Source: Octopus vulgaris
Taxonomy: Eukaryota
DNA length: 64,000 nucleotides
Assembly: GCA_951406725.2 (NCBI GenBank)
Contig: OX597836.1
Coordinates: forward strand, 49,538,001 to 49,602,000
Direction: 5' to 3'
Shown here: piece after piece, positions 52,011 through 64,000 of the stretch
Layout: each line of letters starts with the position of its first letter
Position numbering within the stretch: position 1 is the stretch's first letter
Notes under the pieces: generated by a model
Databases searched by the model: none
What the model was told of the DNA's origin: nothing
Seen by the model: the letters and a program-made list of their open reading frames with translations, nothing else
Position numbers and translations under genes: made by a program

Positions 52011-55000
52011 ATGCCTCAACGCAAAAGATACAATATAGGTTGGCAAACAAACGGTGCAAAGAAAAGTAGACGCATGCGTGCAGATGAACCTGCTGAGGAG
52101 GCTGCCAGGAGGAACTCTCTCAATGCACTTAGGATGGCTTCAGCACGAAGAAGGGAAAGTGAAGAGCAGCATTGTGATCAGTTAGCACGTATTGCTGCGC
52201 AACAAGCTGCACACCAAACAAGAAATGCTTTCTCTACTACTTCTGCAAGAGCTTCAGAGACTGCAGCATAATGCGCAGATCGACTTACAAGAGATGCTGC
52301 TGCACATGCTAGAGTCTACAGGGAAAGGCAACAACGACTGGAGGCTACAATACAGCAAAGGGCTGCACGACGTTCCGACTCACGGCCAACCTCCTCATGT
52401 TCGTCAATGACAGTATTCAACTACAGTAATCACGTTGACATTCAAATAGGCTGCATGTCCACAATCAGGCTAATTTTGCGGGGCTAAAGAGTGGCTTAGA
52501 GAAACTCCCGTCATGTGCTGCTCCAACAGTAAAATTACAGTACCCCTTCTACAAGATCCTCCACCTCTTTAGACGGATCTTTTGACAGGGATGTCTCCTT
52601 ATTCTCATGACATTCTCAAGCAGATACATGCCCACAACTGCGCGTTCCAAATGACTTCCTTCAGTGCCAACACCATACGAGATGGGCATTTCATGCATCC
52701 CTTTAAAGTGCAGGGGGAAGATTTACCATAAAATTGGCTCCCTGCAGCTGCATGACGCTGCCTCGCCTCAATTTCTTCAGCTCTACTTCATGGGAGGCTA
52801 CGCTGACCAGGCAGCCAAGAGACTTGCCGTAGCTCCCTCTACAAACATAGCTCTGATACGTTAGCTGCTGGAAATGATTCACATTACAAACAGCTATGTC
52901 CGCAGCTTCAGGTATGCTCTAGAGGCCTCCATATCGCCAGAGTTAACTTTAGTAGTTAACACTGATAAACGGCCTTTAGGAGAACATTCTCGCCACTAGA
53001 ACGTACCTGCATGCAATGAAGTTGCTGTACTTGTGCAGGGGGATGGCCACCACAACAGAGACATTGTTCTACGACATTGCAATGATGCGCTCCAATGTAG
53101 TTGTGAAACTCATCGGTCTTATCCACTGCTGCATGTATATGGTGAAGACGGCTTCCAGCTGCAAATTTCCCAAAACACTTCCATGGAAAGCAACACTTCT
53201 ACAAGCAAATCTGTAAATTGTATGGGATGCTGTGCCTACCACTACATAATTCGAGAAACCAGCCTAAATCACCTTCACCTTTCACACGACCTCTTTCAAC
53301 AACACACAGTTGATAATGCAGTTAAGATTGAATCTCAGAGACAGCAACAACAACAACAACATGGCACTGGGGAGTGTTGGTCAACAATGCATTCTACCTC
53401 CATTTTTCACCGGTGGTCCACGCTACATGCATGAAAGGACAGAGGACGCCATGGTTTACGTTTGACATTACAACAGACCAGACTTTTGTATTATATTCAC
53501 TTGCAACAGAAAGTGGAAGGAGATCCAAATGAGCCTCTTGCCTGGACAACAGGCCCACGATACACCTGACATTATCACCAGAGTTTTCAGACTCAAACTA
53601 CTCAGATTCATGGATATTCTTACAAAAGGTGAGATATTTGATGCTGTCCAGTAGTACATGTCTTCCGCGAAGTGGAAAATTCGGGGTATGCGGCATGTCC
53701 ATACTCTTCTGTGGCTAACTACTAAAATAAATGCCAACTACAAAGGCAGGCTCATATCCATAGGAAAATTCGAGGTTGACAATAGGTGGATCGTCCCTTA
53801 CTGCCTGCTCCTCTCAGAGACCTTTAAAGTGCACATTAACGTTGAATTTTGCAACTCCATAAAGTCGATAAAGTACGTTTGCAAATATGTGAACAAGGGA
53901 TCTAATGCAGCTATGTTTATCCTCCAAGGCGATATCCAAAATTACGAGGTCGTCCAGTACCAGGCCACACGATACATTTGTAGTAATGAGGTGTTCTGGC
54001 GTATTTTTGGTTTTCCAATACACAAAAGGTGTCCTGTTGTCGTGCAGCTTGCTGTACACCTGGAACACGGCTAAGGAGTATACATTACCGATGCCAATGC
54101 TGCCCAATTGGCACAGGAGCCAGGAGATACAACTCTAACTGCTTTTTTAAAACTTTGTTGGACCCATTCGCACACACACTACTATACCCATAAGTGCCGT
54201 CCTACTACACGTGGTACAACCTGGAGGTGAAGAAAATCAGGCAAACCTGTTGAAGGATACAATGGCATTAAGTTTGACGATTGCCTCAGGTGCGTGGACA
54301 CTGTTCATTGAAACGAAACTGATTGCTTTCATCTTCGTCTTCTTCTTCATGAGGTCATGGGGCCCACATGTTTCTAAGGTGAACTGTTGACGGCCACACA
54401 TTTGCAACATACAGAGAGGCATATCTCCATCACGGTCTTCTAGAGGATGACGAACAGTGGGAGGCCTGCCAAGCAGATGCTGTCATATCCAAATCACCAG
54501 GAAACCATAGAACACTCTTCACCGTGATACTGCATAATTGTACACCAAGTTGTCCCCAAACCTTGTGGTGTCACTTCAGGGAAACCTGGCTGATGATTAT
54601 AGGCATGCTGCATAACTACAGTTTCCAACAATCAACATAGGCTATACAGTGGCTACCTACAATCAGCTGCTCATTTACATAGAAGGCATGACTTTATCTT
54701 TTAGTGGCAGTGCTTTGAGCATGTACAGTCTCCTGCTACCTGAGCTTTCTGCTGTAAATAATCTTCCATCGGAAATAATACAAGAGGCTATGTATGATAA
54801 TGATGTGCTATCACAGTATGTGGTTGTCAACGAGCCACATTTTCTTTCCGACCATAGACATGCATATGACACCATCATTCGATCAGTTCGTGAGCATAGA
54901 GGTGGCATCTTTTTTCTTGTTGCTCCTGGTGGGACTGGCAAAACCTTTGTTACAAAACTCATTCTTGCCAACGTAAGACTACGCAAACGCATTGCAATAG

Positions 55001-55630
55001 CGGTTGCGGCATCTGGAATAGCTGCAACTCTGCTTCGCGGGGGCCAGACTGCTCACTCCACTTTCAGCCTTCCTCTTAACCTTGCAAGTTATCCTATGCC
55101 TGTTTGCAACATCACCAAAACGTCACGAAAAAGGGCAACTGCTTGCTAAATGTCACCTTATCGTCATGGATGAGTGTACAATGGCCCACAAGGGTGCTCT
55201 TGAAGCACTGGACAGGATACTTCAAGATATATGGGAATACTTGAACCAATGGTTGGTGTAACAGTCGGCAGATTTTAGGCAAACACTTCCAGTCATTCCA
55301 AATGGAGAGCAGATGAGGTTATGGCCTGTCTAAAGTCATCCTCATTGTGGTGACATGTCATAACTTTGTGACTACAATCCAACATGAGAGCACACATCAA
55401 TGCCAACCCATTGTCAGAAAAATTTGCCACAGACATTCTACTTCTTGGCAGCGGCAAATTTGTGGAAGATGACAACAAAGATGTTGACATTGACAATGGC
55501 AGCATATGTACCATTGCAGATAGCCTCCAGGACAAAGTTTTTTCTGGACATTGCGTTACGCTATATTAGACCTCAATTGGTTATGTGAATGAGCCATTTG
55601 GCTCCCAAAAATGTTTCAGTCAATGCGATC
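52011..55630 (+). mobile_element. Decayed autonomous Helitron (Rep HUH plus PIF1 helicase pseudogene), antisense in a CCDC25 intron
   Basis: KIYHKIGSL, PQFLQLYF, RGMRHVHTLLW (HUH), VDNRWIVPY, HINVEFC...KYVCKYVNKG (Y2), APGGTGKTF (Walker A), SGIAATLL...TAHSTF, VMDECTM, DFRQTLPVI. Many stops and deletions. Confidence 0.92.
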
Positions 55631-56224
55631 AATGTCGGTCTCTTAGTACGTATGAGATTGTGTTTCAAGCTTAAAGTAAAAATATTTACTCTAACTGCTC
55701 TCATCAGTGACAGTATTCTATAGCATAAATTTACGAGTGTCTCAAAATATGCATATGCTATCAGCGACATCGTATGACCAATATACTGCGAAATAGAATT
55801 CACATCTTGCGTTTATACCCACATGTAGTGTGTTAAGATCTAGACTGCAATAAATACAGTTTCAATCATGGAGTAAATTTATTCAAATATTAATTATAAT
55901 AAAATGGTAAAAAGGGTAACAATCAATAATAATTTTACCAGGTGGTCAGTGAGGTTTTTATTTAATGGAATTATCAGGTTTTTCTAACATTATTGTATTC
56001 TACTTTGAGTAAGAAAAATGTTGATTACTCTCCAAGCTCACCAGAAGAATCATGGAGTTAATCAGGGATAAAAATGACATTTTCATAAATGACTAACCAT
56101 AGCTCATGATTGGGAGTTCATAAAGGATTGGAATAAAGTTTGACAGGAAGCTTAAAATTTTATTTCAAAGTGCCAGAGACAATCCTGATGAAGGGGGATA
56201 ACTGTCCTTATCGCAAACCCTGTT

Positions 56225-57192
56225 CCCAAACTCATTCCTGAGAATCTTTTGAGCCATTGCACTTGTGTGAGTTGGAGCTCCATCTTTTTGGAATGTGAAC
56301 TTGTTGGGGTTTTCCTTCATCAGGATATTCAGAAAGAATCCAGATCTTTACATCTTTCAAAACCCGAACATAACAAACTCTTGTCAGTCTCTCAGCCTTC
56401 TCAAACACAATCAATGGTATTTTTTTGCTATGAGAGGCCATGCAGGTAAAAATCATCACCCTGGCAGGGTTTTTGCACCTGAAAATGATATTTTTGGCTC
56501 TCTTGTGAGGGTCTGAAGCCAGAACATGACTGTTGCATCTGTTTGTGTGCATATTTTGGGTGAAATTCCTTTCATTTGTGTAAAAGATCACTCCAGGATT
56601 ATGTTTCACTTTGTTCAAGATGATCTTCGCCCTCTCCAACCGTCAAACCCTTTGTCCTGGAGCAACAAGGTGCCTCGCAGGTCTCACGTATGATTTGATT
56701 TTCAAATTTCCTATGACTGCTCTTTGAACTGTCATAGCTAAAACTTTTCTTTCATATGCCAAGCATCTTATGAATTCAGTTGGATCTCTTCTGATTGATA
56801 ATATCAGTTCCAGATTGAAATGATGACCTCCTGATCCAGTTTCCCTCTCTACTATTTCCACTTTCTCAAACTTATTCAAAATTCTCTTGTTGATTCTCGA
56901 ATGGACTTTGAAGACGGAAGCCAGAGAATAAATGTTGGTCTATTACTGAAGGCCTGGATGATCTTAGCCCTCTCAACATTGCTCAGTTGTGAAGGCATGA
57001 TGAGGCTGGCACAAAATGATTTCAGCCTGTTCTCTTTCTAGCTAAATATCTCAATGGGTATTTCACTGATTCTTACAAAAATTGGTCTGATGTCTTATTT
57101 GGAAAACATGGAAAATTGCAAATCAATTAGTTTATTGGTTTTAAGAAATTTTAAGAATTTATGAGCACAACAAATTGTCGATGGTACACCTG
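56225..57192 (-). mobile_element. Truncated Tc1-like transposon
   Basis: 5' end CAGGTGTACCATCGACAATTTG at 57192. Peptides GSGG...SIR...FIRCLA (HTH), IFYTNERNF and PARVMIF...KIPL. Frameshifted. Confidence 0.7.
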
Positions 57193-57713
57193 GTGTGTGT
57201 GTGTGTGCATTATATATTTAAAGGCACAATAAAGGTATTTAAGCGCTATTAATAGTTTCATATGTTGAGAAATACTCTAACATATTCTTCAGGTGCAAAC
57301 TAAATAAACTGAATAAGAGAACAGTACATCATATATGACCGTGTGGTAAGAAGCTTGCTTCCCAACAACATGGTTCCAGGTTCAGTCCCACTGTGTGGCA
57401 CTTTTGGCATGTGTCTTCTACTATAGCCTCGGGCTGACCAAAGCCTTGTGGGTGGATTTGATAAACAGAAACTGAAAGAAGCCCGTCATATATATATATG
57501 TGTGTGTGTGTGTATGTGCTTGTCCCCTACCACCATCATTTGACAACTGATGCTAGGGTGTTTATGTCCTTGTAACTTAGCGGTTTGGCAAAAGAGACTG
57601 ATGGAATAAGTAGTAGGCTTACAAAGAATAAATCCCAGGGTCAATTTATTCAACTAAAGGTGGTGCTCCAGCATGGCTGCAGTCAAATAACTGAAACAAG
57701 CAAAAGGATAAAA

Positions 57714-57749
<36 letters not shown>

Positions 57750-58121
57750 CACTAAGTCCACTCTGTTGAGTGGTTGGTGTTAGGAAGGGCATCCAGCTGT
57801 AAAAATCCTGCCAAAACAGTTGCAGAAGTCTGATGCAGGCTTCTGCCTGGCCGGTTCCTGTCAAACTGTCCCCCACCCCCCATGCCAGCATGGAAGGCAG
57901 ACATTAAGTGATGATATATACATATATGGAAGTTTTCTTATTACAGTTTTCCATCTCTTAGTTTGATAGTGAAGATTAAAATGCAACAGTCTTTCCATGA
58001 GGTAAATTACCCTGCACATGACTCTAAACTGGTATTTACCTCTGAATAAATATATACATGCTTACTCACACAAAAATATAGAAGAAAACAAAAATATAAG
58101 AACTCAACAGCCTATACTTAC

Positions 58122-58161
58122 CATACATCTTCTGGAAATCCCCATTTGATAAGATCCTCAT
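58122..58161 (-). CDS. CCDC25: CCDC25 exon ((N)EDLIKWGFPEDV(W)); upstream exons not found in window
   Basis: Pyrimidine tract plus GAAG acceptor and GTAAGT donor, 40 nt, phase 1 to 2. The seven exons total 554 nt in one open frame. Confidence 0.92.
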
Positions 58162-58859
58162 CTTCAGAGAGAAAAAACAACAACCAACATAAGATCAAGA
58201 AGCATTTCAATAGAAAAACATTACAAATGAAGATGAATGACATTAGATATTGAAATTTATGCCAAAAACAATATTATAGATATGAACATACAAGTATGCA
58301 ATCAAAATACATAATTTTAGTGATAAGCATGAGAATATATGTCAATCACATCTCCAGTATACTTTTTTAAGTCTTGGTGATTTCTATTTGTTACTGTTAA
58401 GTTATGGGACATAAACACAGGCACTAGATTTTCAAGTGTTTTTACATAGACATGGAACCAGACACACACACGAGTATGTGCATGCACACACACATGGGTA
58501 CTTAAGAAATTCAGTTTGCATCCATTTGGTTTCAGGTTCAGTCCCACTGCATGACATCTTGGGTAAAAATCTTCCACTTTATACCTAGGCTAAACAATGC
58601 AATGAGAAGTTTTAGTAATAGAAATTCCAGGAACCACATCATGCGTATGTTTATATACTCTGTTGCCACCTGTTACTCTGCCATTTCAAAGACCTGTGGA
58701 ATATAGAAATCCCTTGATTGGAAAACAGGAAGCATACCGCCATAAAAGTGTGCATTGTAACTCTCATTCTACATGGGCATTAAACTAATACACCCTGGTC
58801 GTTTACCTCATCTCTGTTTCTTTTGTGTGTAGTTTTGGACCATAACACATGCTCACGTG

Positions 58860-61170
58860 ATGACTCCAGTTCCCAAGGAACACCTTACCACTGAACTCCA
58901 CTCGGATTACCATTGGAATTTTACACTTGGATTTGGATTACTACATCACAGAGCTTACTGTGCACTGTTGTTGACTTCTATAAAACCAATCTACTACAAA
59001 TTCTCAAATGTTTCGAATCCTTCAATGTTACTAACTTCACTAACTCTCTTCACCTACTGTCTCTCATTCTAGCAACAAGCCTCATCATAAATCTTTCCTC
59101 CTCCACCTCTCTCAAAACTTACCACATTTTAGATCTGCTGCCTCCCCACCCTCCCATTTAAAAAAACAAAAACCCTTTTCCCCAGCCACATTTCTTCCTC
59201 CACCTCAACCTCTGCCTACCATCCACACCCCTCTCCACCACCTTACGTATGCCACCATCTGCTCTAAGCTCTCTAAAATATGCACCTTTAACTGCTGTCT
59301 CCCTCTTGATTGCTCCATCTTCTTCTCTTGTTGCCCCCACTTCATCGCCCACCTTATTCTCCATCTCAACCACCTCCTTCATAACTTTCTTGCTTGCACT
59401 TAACACTACAAACTCCAATAACACTCCATCGTCCTGTCCCACCCAATGCCACTACACCCATCCCTTCTCCACACCTAACATTCTTCACTTTTGCCCACCA
59501 CCACCACCCTCACCCTAGCCCACTCCTCCCTGCCTACATGACCTTTTCCCAACCCCATTCAACTTTCTCCACCACTCCTCTCCCCTTCATTCTTCTGCTA
59601 CTATTCCTCCTGATCTCCCCATCTCACAAGCTGAGCATTCTTTTGGTAGTAGGGAGTCTCTGCTTCGTAACACTCACTCAATCCAGCAACAAGTTTCACT
59701 CCCAAGATGATGTCCAACACTTTACGCACCAAATCAGGCTGCACACTCACTTCCACAACAATCATCCTGAATCTGATGAATCCCATCTGTTTCCCTGACC
59801 TGCACCACTGGCTCCTGGCCAATTCCAGGCAGTCAACCATTTTGCAAGAGTTTGCCTGGACCAGCACAATCAACAGCTCAAAATCACATGAGCTGAACTC
59901 CCAGACTTTCAATGCCTTCAACACTGTCAGGACACCATCATCAAACTGGCTGATAAAGGTGGAGCTGTGGTTGTGTGATGTACAGGCCACTACAAGGCTG
60001 AGGCTCTCTGTTGACTCCAAGACACCTCATTCTCAGATCATCCTCAACACATAACCTTGATCCTTGGACCATCCAAGAGCTCATTGCCTCCTCCTACTTC
60101 ACTGTTGATGCCTCATGCAACCCTACCATTTACTTCTTTCCTAAGATCCACACACCCAACAATTCTGGCTGTTCCACTCAATCCCATCCTTGCACCCCTA
60201 TTGGCTTCCTTTCCCTCACACATTCATGACATCAACCATGCTCTTTGTCTCCAATTCATCCTCTTTTCCTTCTGGCCCTTCCTGGCTCTCGTTCATTTTT
60301 GACAAATCCCTATATATTGTCATCCCTCATTAAAACACTTCCTTGATCTACATCCTGATACTTCCACCCTCTCCATTTGGTTGAACTGGTCCTCTCCTTA
60401 AATTGCTTCTTAGAAGTGACTATGGGAATACACTTGTTCATTGGTTATTTTGAGGCCCAAATATTCTCTCAGCTTAATGGTCCCACTCTTGAGCTACATC
60501 AACAACTGTATCAGTGCACCCTCACTCTCCTCTCGTGAACCACTTAACTCCTTCCTCTCTTTCATCCAGTCCTTCCATCCCACTTTTGAATTCTGCTCTA
60601 TCTCCAACACATTTGTCAACTTTCCTGATATTTCCATTCTTCTCTCATCACCTCCATCCACTATAAGCCCTACTTCAACTTCTCTTCCTCTCACTCTATC
60701 CATACCAAACTGTCCCTCTCTTACTTTCAATTCCTCCATCTCTGAAGTCAACATCATGACTTTGAGACACATTCCCAACTCATGGCTCCCTCCTTCACCC
60801 AATGGGGATACCGCCCCCCCCCCCCCTGCATCACCGCCATTAACCAAATTACTATCATTTGTATCTGGCTTGTTCATCCACTCTCTCCCCAGAACCTACC
60901 CCACCCTCACCTGTCTTTCTTCTTACCCTACCCCAACACCTCATTTTACATGCTTTCCAATGACTATCTGACCCCTCCACCTCCCACATATCCCTCAAAC
61001 CACTCCTCCCCTTCCTTTAAATGTGCTCAAAGTTACATGCTCTTCTGCTCCATAGCTTCTTCCTCCTCGCTATTTCCCTTGCTCTCACCCAAACTGCAAC
61101 AGCTGTCCTTCCTCTCCAACAACACTGGCACCTACCATTGCCTCTACCACATCACCAACTCATTCATAGA
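58860..61170 (+). mobile_element. Highly degenerate Penelope-like RT element
   Basis: IIKLADKGGAVVV near 59935-59975 (PLE DKG motif), IYFFPKIHTPNNSG near 60130-60170, and KSLYIVIPH near 60305. C-rich strand bias. Confidence 0.65.
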
Positions 61171-61376
61171 TGTTGGGAAGGTATATGCTGTATGGATATA
61201 ACAGTGTGTGGTGGGGGGTCATGAGTTAAATGGTGTACAGGTGTGTGAGGGTAGATTACCTATCTTTTACTTTTTGCCAAACTGCTAAGTTGTGGGGACA
61301 TAAACACACTAACAGTGGCTGTCAAGTGGTGGTGGAGGGCCAACACAGATACAAACATATAAATGTATATATATAT

Positions 61377-62520
61377 GAAGATGGGTTGAAAAGTTCATAG
61401 GCTGACTATGAAGGAGTAACGCTAGAGCTGTGACATTTTGCATGCATTAATTTCAATACATTTTATTAATGACCGCATTGTTTCTTTCCAGGTAAACTTA
61501 CATCTGATTGTTCAAAGACTTCAAAATTAACTAGACAAAATTTGGCAATGTGGTGTTATCTATCAAGTACTTTCAGAAAAAGGGTTTAGCCCCCAGGGGC
61601 ATTTATGCTGACATGCTTGCTACATTAAAGGATGATGCTGAAGCTTTATCAACAGTGCAGCTGAATTTAGGAAGGAAGAGAGAGTCTTGAAGATGACCCA
61701 AACATCTGGATGTCCTGCAACTGCCACCACTGTGGGAAACATTGATTGTGTTCACCAGATGGTGATGAATGGCAAGCAGTCAATTATAAATCAAACAGCC
61801 AATGCTATTAGCATATCTCGCAAGAGAGTTGAGAATATTCTGCCCAATAATAGCAGTTTGGCATGACAAAGGTTTCTACTCAGTGGTGACACATCTGATA
61901 GCTGATCAAAAGAGCACTAGACTGATCACATCACAGGAGAATTCGACATTGTATGAGGCAGATCCAGCTGGTTTCCTTGAACATTTCCTGACCCAGGATG
62001 AGGGTTGGGTTCTTCACTTTGAGCCAGAGACAAAGAGACAATGCATGCAGTGGAAACACCCCTCCTCACCTACTCCAAAGGATAAGGTTGTTTTATCTGC
62101 AAGGAAAGTAATGGCATGTTTTTTGGCATTGTGTTTGTTGACTATTCTCAAAAGGATCACACCTTTAATGGAGAGTATTATGCAAAATTGTTGAGGACAT
62201 ATGAAAGGCTATCAAAACCAAACATCCAGGAACATTGGCAAAAGGGGTTTTGTTTCATCAGTACAAGGCTCCAGCACACAAACCCTTGGTTTCAATGGCT
62301 GCTGTTAATGACTGCAGCTTTGAACAAGTTGATCCCTCTCATTCTCCTGACTTGGCCCCATCTGACTATCCTTTATTCCCCATCATGAAAAAATTCTGGG
62401 CTAGGAACCAGTACTGCAGTGATGATGAAGTTATATCTGCTGTTGAAGACTTTTTTGACCAACAAGATAAAAGCTTCTTCACTAAGCACTGCAACACCAA
62501 TGGAAGAATTGCATGGACCA
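61377..62520 (+). mobile_element. Degenerate mariner transposon (second family)
   Basis: LTQDEGWVLHFEPETKRQCMQWKH, GIVFVDY, LFHQYKAPAH, SPDLAPSDYPLFP. Frameshifted, with the 3' end replaced by a SINE fragment. Confidence 0.85.
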
Positions 62521-62801
62521 CAAGCAGAAGACATTTGCCTAAGGTACCACACACTGGAAGCAAACCTGGAACCATGTGGTTGGGAGGCAAGCTTCTTACC
62601 ACACACACAGCCATCTCTATGCTAGAGAAAATATGTAAGACAAAAATATACATATACTCATATTTTGAATTCTGGTTTCCCTGTTTGCATCATCATACCT
62701 ACACACACACACACACATTAACACATCAGTTCAAACTAAGGACACATAAGGTTGTGTAGTTCTCAAGTTTTAGGGAATCATAGGGAAGATATGATATATA
62801 T

Positions 62802-62841
<40 letters not shown>

Positions 62842-62953
62842 ATATATATATATATATCCATGGCGGTGCCCCAGCATGGCCACAGCTCGTGAGCTGAAAC
62901 TAGAATCAATCAATCATATATATATGTATGTATATATATATATATATATGGAG

Positions 62954-62987
<34 letters not shown>

Positions 62988-62989
<2 letters not shown>

Positions 62990-63600
62990 CTATATATATA
63001 AAACTGAGAATGTGTGTCTGTCTGTGTGTTTCCCTAAAACTTGAGAACTACACAACCAATTTCATTCAAATTTTACACATGCCTTACTTAGGGTCCATGT
63101 AGTTTCATGGGCAAAAAAGTTCAACTTCTTGCCTAGAGCGAGCCCATAGCAATATCATATCTTCTCCACTATTTCAGTATTACATGTTAAAAGTGAAACA
63201 AAAACATTTCTCTATTTTATGTCAGATGCTTTCACTTTAACAATAAAAATAATAATAACAATTGAATTATATGTCGTAAGTAATAATTAAAATCAAACTA
63301 AAGTATAATATAATCGTAACATAACAAAAGTAAAAATAGCAATTGGTATAAAATTGCATCAATGACTTGAATAAGTGGTTTCACATGAATAGGAATAAAT
63401 TAAAAATAAAATTGGTTGTATACTGTCAATCTAACAAGAACATGACAGTAGGGGGTACACCACCGCTGTATAGCCCTAGGAAGCATCGAACGCCTCCTAG
63501 GGCTATACAGCGGTGGTGTACCCCCTACTGTCACGTTCTTGTTAGATTGACAGTATACAACCATTCTATCGCCCCACCACCGTACATGTCTCTACGAGAG
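62988..63600 (+). mobile_element. Non-autonomous Helitron-like element containing a long hairpin
   Basis: 5' part matches 4681-4895. A 69-bp-arm inverted repeat lies at 63413-63563. The 3' boundary is uncertain. Confidence 0.5.
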
Positions 63601-64000
63601 ATTTAGAAATTCAATATTTCTTATAAAAATAAAATTAGCATGCAGAAATAGAATAGTCCATATGGAGGTGTGTACATATCCTTTACCACAGTTTTTACAT
63701 TTGATTATCTGCTAATTAGCTAGCATTAAGTATCTATGTGAAGTTTGGATGTATGTAATGTCTGTTTTCTCGAACAGTTGCTTCTACTGAGTACTGCTGT
63801 TGGTTTATTTCTTATACATAAAGGCCTATAGCTTCAACTGCGTACTGCTTTTTGATTCACCGTAAGGTTTGTTGTTATTATTATTACTGTTTAACTATTG
63901 TTATCACGTTTGTTGGTTCCTCGTAAGGGAAATGTCGTGTTGCATTTGTTAAATAATTGTAAACTGTAACCCCCCCCACTTTGGGAGAAGTAGCTTTGGT

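Noticed and set aside
54649-55149. Host PIF1 helicase gene
   Set aside because: Intronless, fused in order to Helitron Rep motifs and disrupted by stops.
56184-56225. Hammerhead start CCTGATGAAGGGGGATAA
   Set aside because: No matching GAAA or stems follow, and it is truncated by the Tc1-like element.

Overview
AT-rich, microsatellite- and transposon-dense animal DNA. The SINE families and simple-repeat load suggest an octopus genome (inference). One host gene is well supported: CCDC25 on the minus strand, with seven coding exons from 58161 down to the stop at 37931, all GT-AG and phase-consistent. Its first exons probably lie beyond 64000. The rest is mostly mobile DNA: a complete mariner, degenerate Tc1/mariner and pogo-like elements, a decayed Helitron RepHel, CR1-, RTE- and R4-like LINEs, Penelope-like (PLE) fragments, several tRNA-derived SINE families and MITEs. 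There is also a 141-bp hairpin satellite and a 6.6-kb array of a 36-bp unit. The most notable unannotated signal is a set of hammerhead ribozyme motifs. Two intact copies sit in a young non-coding inverted/direct-repeat element at 12.2-13.35 kb, one lies in the tail of a tRNA-headed SINE and is split by the mariner, and three more are degenerate. Most short ORFs in the supplied track are microsatellite artefacts.
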